From assembly GCA_951812855.1 (NCBI GenBank), contig OX638337.1:750001-782000 (forward strand): DNA of 32,000 nucleotides. The letters are read 5' to 3'. Within the stretch, counting starts at the first letter, position 1, and each line of letters begins with the position of its first letter. Position numbers and translations under genes: made by a program. Positions 10,043 to 17,716 of the stretch are shown piece after piece. The notes below the pieces were generated by a model. That model was not told the DNA's origin. It was given only the letters and a program-made list of their open reading frames with translations, and ran no database searches. Source of the DNA: an uncultured Lentisphaeria bacterium (GTDB lineage Bacteria; Verrucomicrobiota; Lentisphaeria; JABSQK01; JAJFLO01).

Positions 10043-11955
10043 ATGTGCGGGATTGTCGGAGGATTTTGGAACAAGGTCCGGAAAGAAGAGATTGATGCCC
10101 GCCTGCGATCAAGCCTGACATCTCTCAGGCACCGCGGTCCGAACGACAGCGGTCATAAGGTCGTCCGTAATGCGGCACAGACAGTTGCACTTGGCCAAAC
10201 TCGCTTGTCTATCATCGATCTCAGCTCCGATGGACACCAACCCATGGTGAGTAACGATGGGTGCCTTATGCTGGTCTTCAATGGCGAAATTTACAACTAC
10301 AAGGAGCTGCGCAGCGAGCTTCGCACCAGGGGGCATACATTCCGTTCCGAGTCCGACACAGAGGTGCTTCTCGCAGCATACGCCGAGTGGGGAAGGGAGT
10401 GCCTGACGCGGTTGGTCGGCATGTTCGCCTTCGTCGTATACGACCGGTCGTCGGTCGTCGGTCGTCGGTCGTCGGTCGGCTGTTTTGTGCCCGTGATGCC
10501 TTTGGCATCAAGCCGTTTTTCTATGAATGGAACGATAACGGTTTTCTTTTTGCATCGGAGCAATCAGCACTGCGCGTATTGCGGAACAGGCCGTTTGAGC
10601 CCGATCTGCAACGCAGTTACGACTATCTGGTACACGGCGATTACGACAGTCAGGAACGCAGTTTTCTGAAAGGGGTGAAACATTTGCCTCCCGGCTCGTT
10701 TCTTGAAGTCGATGTAACCTCGAAAAATCGATCCAGGCCAACAACATGGTGGCGAGTGCCAACCGCGGAAACAAAACTCTCCTTTCCTGATGCAGCTGCA
10801 GCATTGCGGGAGCAATTCTTGTCCAGTATCAATTTCCACCTTCGCAGTGATGTTCCGGTTGGAATGGCTCTTTCCGGAGGGATCGATTCGTCGGCAATTG
10901 TTTGTGCTGTCCGACACCTGGCACCTGACATACCAATCCATACATTCAGTTATATCGCCGACGACAGTCGGCTTTCAGAGGAGAAATGGGTCGATCTGGT
11001 AAATGAAAAAGTCCGTGCCATACCCCATAAAGTGAGGGTGACCGGGGACGATTTGATGCGCGACCTGGATCGACTGATTGCCATTCAGGGAGAGCCATTC
11101 GGCAGTACGAGCATTTATGCGCAGCATCGTATTTATCAATTGGCAAAAGAGAATGGCATCACGGTGACTTTGGATGGTCAGGGTGCCGACGAGCTTCTCG
11201 CAGGCTATAGTGGATATCCTGGTCAGCGCCTCCTTAGCTTGTTTGAGAGTCGACGCTTCCTTGCCATGCATCGGTTCGCACGGAGTTGGGCTGCTTGGCC
11301 GAACAGGTCATACTGGCAGGCCTTCATGTACCTCGGGAAGGTTGTCTTTCCAGATTCGATCTATCGGTATGCTCGCAAGTCCCTGGGACGGGATTTTGAA
11401 CCGGCCTGGCTTAAGACAAACCTCCTGCGGGAGGCTGGCGTCGAGTTTCGCGAAGCACGAATGCCGTTTCGGCGTGATTACAGACAAAGGCGAGTGATCG
11501 AGCAACTCGCCCACAGCTTGCAGATTCGCGGGCTGCCACATCTCCTTCGGCAGGGTGATCGCAACTCGATGGCGTTTTCGATTGAAAGCCGCGTCCCCTT
11601 TCTGACCGCACAAATGGCTGAGCTTTTATTGTCATTGCCTGAGCATTACCTGATTGCAGAATCCGGAGAGACAAAAAGCGTATTCAGAGCGGCAATGCGC
11701 GGCATCGTGCCGGACGCAATCCTTAACCGTAGAGACAAGATTGGTCTGGCCACACCTGAGCGTGAGTGGTTCTTGCAGGGAGGTCAGGGGATGCGCAAGT
11801 GGTTTAGGGACGGGGACTCAATACCATTCATCAATCGCAATGAATTAGCGGCTGCATTCGATGCCATACTGGATGGCAAAGTGCCTTTCAGCTGGCAAGC
11901 GTGGCGGTGGGTAAACTACATTCGATGGTATGGGGCACAGGGCTTCAATGGTTAG
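10043..11955 (+). pseudogene. asparagine synthase (glutamine-hydrolysing), polysaccharide-cluster type, split by a frameshift inside a 7-nt repeat
   Basis: The N-terminal part is MCGIVGG...RLSIIDLS...FNGEIYNY...SDTEVLL...GMFAFVVYD (frame of 10043). It continues as LFCARDAFGIKPFFY...MALSGGIDSS... to 11955 in the frame of 10261. The switch lies at 10446-10480. Confidence 0.85.
10446..10480 (+). repeat. tandem heptanucleotide repeat: (GGTCGTC) x4 perfect plus GGTCGGC
   Basis: Counted base by base. The perfect units are 10446-52, 10453-59, 10460-66 and 10467-73, and the degenerate unit is 10474-80. Confidence 0.95.
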
Positions 11956-11956
11956 G

Positions 11957-12603
11957 ATGACCAACACATTGCACATATCTAATACGGACATTGAGTTCGA
12001 TAGTCGCATATGTAAGTAATTGAAGGTGCTCAGCGAGCTGTCCACATCTCGTACCTGGCACTGATGATGAAAGAAGCCGATTTGAGACCCCTGGTTGTCC
12101 ATATAGATGCCGGCTACACCGAGCTTGCCGTTCACAACATTGGGCAGATTGTAAGGCACTGCGGCTATGAGCTGGTTACTCATGTGATAGACCGGGAAGA
12201 GGTTCGCGACCTACAGCTTGCTTTCGTTCGCTCAGAAATTGCGAATCAGGACGTTGTGCAGGATCACGCTTTTTTTTGCGACCTTATATCATTTTGCTGT
12301 TGAAAATAATATCCAATACGTGATCAGTGGTCGAAACACGGCAACAGAATGTATTAAGACCCAAACATCGGAGCACTCCGCGATGGATGCAATTAACCTG
12401 CGTGCCATCTACAAGAAGTTTGGCAATATTCCACTCAAGCATTACAAAACCATTTCCTTTTTTCAATACTATTTCTATTATCCCTTCATCAAGAAGATGG
12501 CTACAGTCAAGTCTCTCAACTATACGCCCTATGATAAACCTGCCGAACCGGAAAGACTGAAACAGGAGATCGGCTACAAGGATTACGGTCAAAAACACGG
12601 CGG
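11957..12603 (+). pseudogene. N-acetyl sugar amidotransferase (WbpG-like PP-loop enzyme) remnant, copy A
   Basis: MTNTLHISNTDIEFDSRICK then a stop. Next comes VIEGAQRAVHISYLALMMKEADLRPLVVHIDAGY, a degenerate SGGxDS PP-loop. REEVRDLQLAF...QDHAFF is followed by a frameshift at T8 (12270-12277), then ATLYHFAVENNIQYVISGRNTATEC...YYPFIKK...GYKDYGQKHGGS. The 3' end is missing. Confidence 0.75.
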
Positions 12604-12864
12604 ATCCAGGAACTTGTTGAAGCAATGGCTCTGCTTGATAACACACGGTTGAATCTTGTTGGCAGATTCAATGATGAAGAATTCGAAGCACGCATCAGGT
12701 TGTCTGCAGGCTGGAGTAAGGTAAATGAACTTGGATTCGTTAAGCGTAATGATGTAGCAGACGTGCCTGGACGTTCGAGGGCGGGTATTGTCACCTATTA
12801 CCCGGTGCCCAATTACATGGAGGCTCAACCGAACAAGTTGTTTGAGTACATGAGTGCCGGATTG
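12604..12864 (+). pseudogene. glycosyltransferase family 1 (GT4-type) C-terminal fragment
   Basis: IQELVEAMALLDNTRLNLVGRF...VNELGFVKRNDVADV...RAGIVTYYPVPNYMEAQPNKLFEYMSAGL matches the GT1 C-terminal Rossmann/EX7E region. No N-terminal half is present. Confidence 0.65.
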
Positions 12865-13194
12865 CTTGATGGTCTGACGATTACGAAACCCCTTGGCTAC
12901 CTGGATACCATGATGCTGATGAAAAATGCCTCCGCTGTTGCGACCGATTCCGGTGGTATTCAGAAAGAAGCATATTTCCATCAGGTCCCCTGCATCACAC
13001 TACGCGATGAGACTGAATGGTCTGAACTTGTGGAACTTGGCTGGAACCGCCTTTGTTCGCCGTTACTGGGGGACGGCCAGATCGTAAATTGTGTTACCCA
13101 AAGCATTGGACGCCATGGTAAATCAGGCACTCCATATGGTGGAGGCGATGCTGCTGTCAAGATTATTGACCATCTGTTGAGTCGATTTAACTGA
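12865..13194 (+). pseudogene. UDP-N-acetylglucosamine 2-epimerase (WecB-like) C-terminal fragment, fused in frame to the GT1 fragment
   Basis: KPLGYLDTMMLMKNASAVATDSGGIQKEAYFHQVPCITLRDETEWSELVELGWNRL...YGGGDAAVKIIDHL is the conserved WecB C-terminus. The first ~250 aa are absent. Confidence 0.7.
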
Positions 13195-13214
13195 TGTTGT
13201 AATAGGGGTGGTTA

Positions 13215-13794
13215 TCCTGCAAACACTATCAACACAAACTCGGCGTGAGCTTCAAGCGATTGCCCTGCCGGGAAAGGTGCGAGCGGTTTACTTGATGCTG
13301 CACAGCCTGGGTTCATCCCGAAAACAAAGCGACGTCGCCCTGTACCCCCGGCGTCGGAACCCATTCAGGAGAATGCCTGCAAGATGATCACTCTGTGAGG
13401 TGCGAAGTGAAGCATGTCCTGACACTGTTTTTTTTGATGCCTGGCAATACGGATGGTTTATTACCCGTTCATTATCAGGATGCGGAGCCACCGTCCGCTG
13501 GAATGGGTCGATTACAACAAGGCCGATGTAAAGAAACTTCTGATGCAAGAATTGGGCTGGTGCGATTATGGTAACAAGCATTATGAATCTGCTTTCACCA
13601 AGTTTCTCCGGGCTTATTACCTGCCCGAGAAATTTGGCTATGACAAGCGGCTGGCTCATCTTTCAAGCCTTGTGGTTTCTGGCCAAATGACCAAGGCCGA
13701 AGTGCAAGCCGAGCTGCAATTGCTGATCTATGACCTGCAAGAGCTGAAAGAAGATCGCATCTACTGGATCAAAAAGATGGGCCTTACTCAGTAA
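13215..13794 (+). pseudogene. N-acetyl sugar amidotransferase remnant, copy B (diverged from copy A)
   Basis: The intact C-terminal ORF 13453-13794 reads YYPFIIRMRS...ELGWCDYGNKHYESAFTKFLRAYYLPEKFGYDKRLAHLSSLVVSGQMTKAEV. Upstream there is only weak multi-frame similarity (RRELQAIAL; GVGTHSGEC; KHVLTLFF), with a T8 run at ~13431-13438. Confidence 0.65.
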
Positions 13795-13941
13795 GAGTAT
13801 GATGAGGTGACGGCCGCAAAAGAGAAAGTTACACCCCCCCTATAAGTGGAGGCAGTGGCGTTTCTATTATCTTCTCCATGCATAGTTAATGGGTAAAAAG
13901 CTGACTTATTAGAAAAAAATTTAATTTTCTTACAATTTTGT

Positions 13942-13969
13942 TTGACATTGTTAAAAATTATGCTATTAA
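13942..13969 (+). promoter_or_regulatory. sigma-70-type promoter of the dcw operon (candidate)
   Basis: TTGACA (13942-13947), a 16-nt spacer, then the extended -10 TGCTATTAA (13961-13969), ~60 nt upstream of the mraZ start. Confidence 0.5.
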
Positions 13970-13982
13970 GCAGTGTTGCGTG

Positions 13983-13998
13983 TAGGGGTAAATAGGGG
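13983..13998 (+). promoter_or_regulatory. two TAGGGG direct repeats 10 bp apart (candidate MraZ operator)
   Basis: TAGGGG occurs at 13983-13988 and 13993-13998, between the putative -10 and the mraZ SD (GGAGGA, 14015-14020). Confidence 0.3.
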
Positions 13999-14026
13999 AA
14001 TTTAGTTTAACTTTGGAGGATATAGT

Positions 14027-14479
14027 TTGAATATTAGTTTTTTAGGTTGGTTTACACATTCAATTGATTCACAACGCAGAGTTGCAATTCCGAGAGAGTG
14101 GCGATTCAAAAGTGATAGCCAGGACTCAGTATTTTACTTAATGCCCGGGAGGGATGAGAGTATCCAAATCTTACCTCAGGAGCTATTCGAAGCTGAAATT
14201 TTGGCAAAGATTAGCAAAGTGCCCGTTACTAATGCTGCAAGGATGCGTGCAATCGCACAGATCGGTGCAAAAACAAGCAAGAGTCAATGCGATAAACAGG
14301 GACGAATTACACTGACCCCATACCTCATGGAATATTCGGGATTACAGGATCAGACAGTTTTAATCGGTGGTTTCTCCAGTATTCAGGCCATGTCCCCTGA
14401 GCGTTGGGAAAAAGCAGAAATGAGTTATGATGATATGCTCGATCAAATTGAAAGAATTCAAGAGAGTAGAGAAATTTAA
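14027..14479 (+). CDS. mraZ: transcriptional regulator MraZ
   Basis: 150-aa ORF with a TTG start 6 nt after GGAGGA. It has two SpoVT/AbrB-like halves (DSQRRVAIPREWRF; DKQGRITLTPYLMEY) and heads the dcw cluster. Confidence 0.9.
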   Translation: MNISFLGWFTHSIDSQRRVAIPREWRFKSDSQDSVFYLMPGRDESIQILPQELFEAEILAKISKVPVTNAARMRAIAQIGAKTSKSQCDKQGRITLTPYLMEYSGLQDQTVLIGGFSSIQAMSPERWEKAEMSYDDMLDQIERIQESREI

Positions 14480-14499
14480 TTAAGCAATCAGGAATCATA

Positions 14500-15441
14500 A
14501 TGTCTAAACTGGACCAAGAGCATCACATCCCTGTTTTAGGAAACGAAGTCATTGATTCTCTATCATTACAGGATAATGGATTTTACATAGACGGAACAGT
14601 CGGATTCGGTGGACATGCAAATCAAATATTAAGCAGCAATGCATCAGTAAACTTACTGGGAATCGATCGGGATGCAGAAGCGATCAGTTATACAGAAAAT
14701 TTTCTTAAAAAATATAAAAACCGAGTCACGCTTATTCAGGGCGAATTTGGAGCAATGAACAATTACACAAACAAATTAGGGTGGCAATATGTTAATGGCA
14801 TTCTCCTGGATATAGGTATCTCATCATTTCAAATCGACAATGCAATACGTGGGTTCAGCTTCGCCCAAAATGGTCCTTTAGACATGCGTATGAACAGAAA
14901 TCAACGACTGACGGCAAGTGAATTAATCAACACGACAACGGTGAAAACATTGATATCAATTTTTAGGAATTATGGGGAAGTATCCAACGCTAAAAAATTA
15001 GCGGCTGCTATCGTGACTGAACGTGCAAAACGACCCTGGGAACGAACCCTTGAATTAGCTAATTTTATTAAGAAAACAAATCATGAACCATTACAAAAAT
15101 ATTCAAAAACAGTCGCGAAATGTTTCCAGGCTCTGCGAATTGCTGTTAATGACGAATTAGGACAACTCAAACAGGGTTTGCATTCTGCAATTAACCTACT
15201 GACCAGAGGGGGAAGAATAATAGTCATTTCTTTTCATTCTTTGGAAGACCGAATTGTAAAAGAAACATTTCGATATGAAGCACTAACCTGTGAGTGTCCA
15301 CCGAAACTGCCCGTCTGTCGATGCGAAAAACAATCTCGATTAAAAGTACTTACAAAACGACCTGTTACTTCTTCAGCCGAAGAAGTAACAATCAATAATC
15401 GATCATCTTCTGCCAAATTAAGAGTTGCTGAACGTATTTAA
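14500..15441 (+). CDS. rsmH: 16S rRNA (cytosine1402-N4)-methyltransferase
   Basis: HIPVLGNEVIDSL...YIDGTVGFGGHA...LLDIGISSFQIDN..RGFSF...ISFHSLEDRIVK. Confidence 0.95.
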   Translation: MSKLDQEHHIPVLGNEVIDSLSLQDNGFYIDGTVGFGGHANQILSSNASVNLLGIDRDAEAISYTENFLKKYKNRVTLIQGEFGAMNNYTNKLGWQYVNGILLDIGISSFQIDNAIRGFSFAQNGPLDMRMNRNQRLTASELINTTTVKTLISIFRNYGEVSNAKKLAAAIVTERAKRPWERTLELANFIKKTNHEPLQKYSKTVAKCFQALRIAVNDELGQLKQGLHSAINLLTRGGRIIVISFHSLEDRIVKETFRYEALTCECPPKLPVCRCEKQSRLKVLTKRPVTSSAEEVTINNRSSSAKLRVAERI

Positions 15442-15455
15442 TTAAGGAATAAAAA

Positions 15456-15827
15456 ATGAGAAATAGTTATCATTCACTCTATGTTGATTTTAATGGAAAA
15501 GACCGTTCAAAATCTCATAAAAAAAGTCTATTTGATAATTTTGTTATTTTTGTCATTGTTATTTTGTTACTTGCTGGTTCATTGGGCAAAATTTACTTTG
15601 ATAGGAAAACAACTAAAATGAGACTTGAATGGGGGAAGACAAATGACAAATTTATAGTTGCCAAAAAGGAATTTGCCAACCTGCAAATGGAACAGGAAGA
15701 GTATATGCAGGGACAATACATTTTATTCTGGGCAAAAGAGAAACTAAAATTAAGACCTTCCGACCCGGGCCAGATAAGATTAATGAGAAACATCAAAAAC
15801 CGCAACGATCTGATAGCGTCTAAGTAA
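15456..15827 (+). CDS. ftsL: FtsL/DivIC-like cell-division protein
   Basis: 123 aa with a single TM segment (FVIFVIVILLLAGSLG) followed by a coiled-coil-like stretch. The call is positional (between rsmH and ftsI), not based on strong sequence motifs. Confidence 0.65.
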   Translation: MRNSYHSLYVDFNGKDRSKSHKKSLFDNFVIFVIVILLLAGSLGKIYFDRKTTKMRLEWGKTNDKFIVAKKEFANLQMEQEEYMQGQYILFWAKEKLKLRPSDPGQIRLMRNIKNRNDLIASK

Positions 15828-15967
15828 AAAATCAACTTTCGGGTAAAATTTCAGAAAATTAGATCAATTAAGTTGAATAAAAAAAACATTATCATCAATC
15901 GTTATGATTATATTTTCACGATTAATTCATTTCAGTTTGCAAATAAAATTTACCAGTCTCAAAAAAA

Positions 15968-17716
15968 ATGGAACACGATGTTTATCTTTTAAGAATTCTA
16001 TGTATTTATATTCTAATTTTTACAGTGTTCACTGCCCTTTCTTATCACATCTACACTATTCAGATCACCAAGCATAACAACTACTATAGAAAAGCCAAAT
16101 CTTTATACACATCTAAAAAGACAAGAATTGGCAGCAGAGGCAGCGTCTATGATTACCACGGAAATCCTTTGATTGGAAATTTAGCGTGTAAAGACATACT
16201 TGCTGATCTGACGTTAATCTCCCCTGACAAAAATATACGGAATGTAATTATAAGGAAGCTTGGGATAATACTGGATATCGACACACAGATATTGCAGCGT
16301 CGATTTGCTTCCGATGCTCGTGAAGTTGTCATAAAAAATAAAGTAGACATGGACCTCGCGGAAAGGGTGTCAAAGCTTAAAATTCGCGGTATTCGACTCG
16401 TTGATAACCAGAAACGATACTACCCGAAGGGTCAACTGGCTGCCAACATACTTGGCATTACAACATCCAAAAATGAAGGGATTTATGGATTAGAACTTGT
16501 TTTAAATGACGAACTCAAACCCCATCAATTAACTCAGGTTTATGAGCGCGACAGAAAAGGTCGGATGGTTCACTATAACCCGGTAAAATCTGCAAAAATT
16601 GTTGATGGAAATGATGTTTATCTTACCATTGATGAACCGATACAGCATATCATGGAATCCGAATTGGAAAATATGGTAATCGAATTCGAGCCCCGCTATG
16701 CCTATAGCATAATGATTAATCCGAAAACCGGGGCGATTTTGGCACTTGCTCAATTTCCTTCTTTCGATCCGAATGATCGCAGTGATATAGATATCGAAAA
16801 TTGTACAAACCATTTTATTACTGATATTTATGATCCGGGATCAACCATGAAATGCCTGGCCGTTGCCGGTGCAATTGATTATGGAATCGTAAACCTGAAC
16901 ACAGAATTTGACTGCGAAGATGGATACTGGTATTATGGTGGTTATCCCTTGCGTGATTCAGGACATCGTTATGATCAGTTAAGTGTTACTGAAATTATTC
17001 AAAAATCAAGTAATATCGGCACGGCAAAAATTGCATTAAAAATGGGTGAAAACCGGTTATATCAAACTCTGAAACGGTTTGGATTTGGTACAAAAACCGG
17101 CATTGAACTAAAAAATGAGTCTCCCGGTATTTTAAGAAACCTGACAGATTGGGATAAGTTAAGCATTACCAGATTCCCGATAGGTCAGGGAATTTCGGTT
17201 ACGCCATTGCAAATGATTCAAGCATATAGCGGACTTGCAAATTCCGGAACCATAATGCAGCCCTATCTTATTGACCGAATAATTAATGCGAGAACCGGGC
17301 TGGTACAAAAAACAGAACCAAAGGTTAAACACCTGGCGATTCGTCCCTACGCTGCCAGACAAATTATCCATGCAATGATTACTGTAACAGAAGAAGGCGG
17401 CACAGCAACCAAAGCTGCAGTAGAAGGGTATACCGTTGCAGGTAAAACCGGAACATCACAAAAACTGATCGATGGAAGCTATGCCGGACATGATAAATAT
17501 GTTGCTTCTTTCATTGGATTTGTGCCTGCACATGATCCGGCGTTTGTACTAATTGTTGTTGCCGACGAGCCTTCGAAAAAATCGTACTATGGTGGTACTG
17601 TTGCAGGTCCCACATTTAGTCGAATTGCCAGCCAAACCCTTCGTTATCTCCACGTTCCTCCACAGCACCAGGCTGAAAAAAAAAATGAGGATAATGAAAA
17701 ATTAGCAATAAGGTAG
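15968..17716 (+). CDS. ftsI: peptidoglycan D,D-transpeptidase (class B PBP)
   Basis: 582 aa with an N-terminal TM segment, a PBP dimerisation region and the transpeptidase motifs STMK (GSTMKCLAVA), SSN (KSSNIG) and KTG (AGKTGTS). Confidence 0.93.
   Translation: MEHDVYLLRILCIYILIFTVFTALSYHIYTIQITKHNNYYRKAKSLYTSKKTRIGSRGSVYDYHGNPLIGNLACKDILADLTLISPDKNIRNVIIRKLGIILDIDTQILQRRFASDAREVVIKNKVDMDLAERVSKLKIRGIRLVDNQKRYYPKGQLAANILGITTSKNEGIYGLELVLNDELKPHQLTQVYERDRKGRMVHYNPVKSAKIVDGNDVYLTIDEPIQHIMESELENMVIEFEPRYAYSIMINPKTGAILALAQFPSFDPNDRSDIDIENCTNHFITDIYDPGSTMKCLAVAGAIDYGIVNLNTEFDCEDGYWYYGGYPLRDSGHRYDQLSVTEIIQKSSNIGTAKIALKMGENRLYQTLKRFGFGTKTGIELKNESPGILRNLTDWDKLSITRFPIGQGISVTPLQMIQAYSGLANSGTIMQPYLIDRIINARTGLVQKTEPKVKHLAIRPYAARQIIHAMITVTEEGGTATKAAVEGYTVAGKTGTSQKLIDGSYAGHDKYVASFIGFVPAHDPAFVLIVVADEPSKKSYYGGTVAGPTFSRIASQTLRYLHVPPQHQAEKKNEDNEKLAIR

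Noticed and set aside
12596-12601. BamHI site (GGATCC) exactly at the amidotransferase/GT1 fragment junction, as a hint of a cloning artefact
   Set aside because: GGATCC also occurs elsewhere in ordinary genes (e.g. ~2936, ~4038). A single 6-mer at a junction is not evidence.
10109-12981. Dozens of overlapping 60-130 aa ORFs on both strands within the GC-rich island
   Set aside because: These are the expected artefact of high GC (few stop codons). Their Arg/Pro/Ala-rich translations carry no motifs, and they overlap the recognisable AsnB/amidotransferase frames.
14397-14412. Exact 16-nt match CTGAGCGTTGGGAAAA shared by mraZ (14397-14412) and the Fic-remnant upstream region (25076-25091)
   Set aside because: It is an isolated short match with no extended similarity on either side. 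It is borderline compatible with chance in 32 kb and has no functional context.
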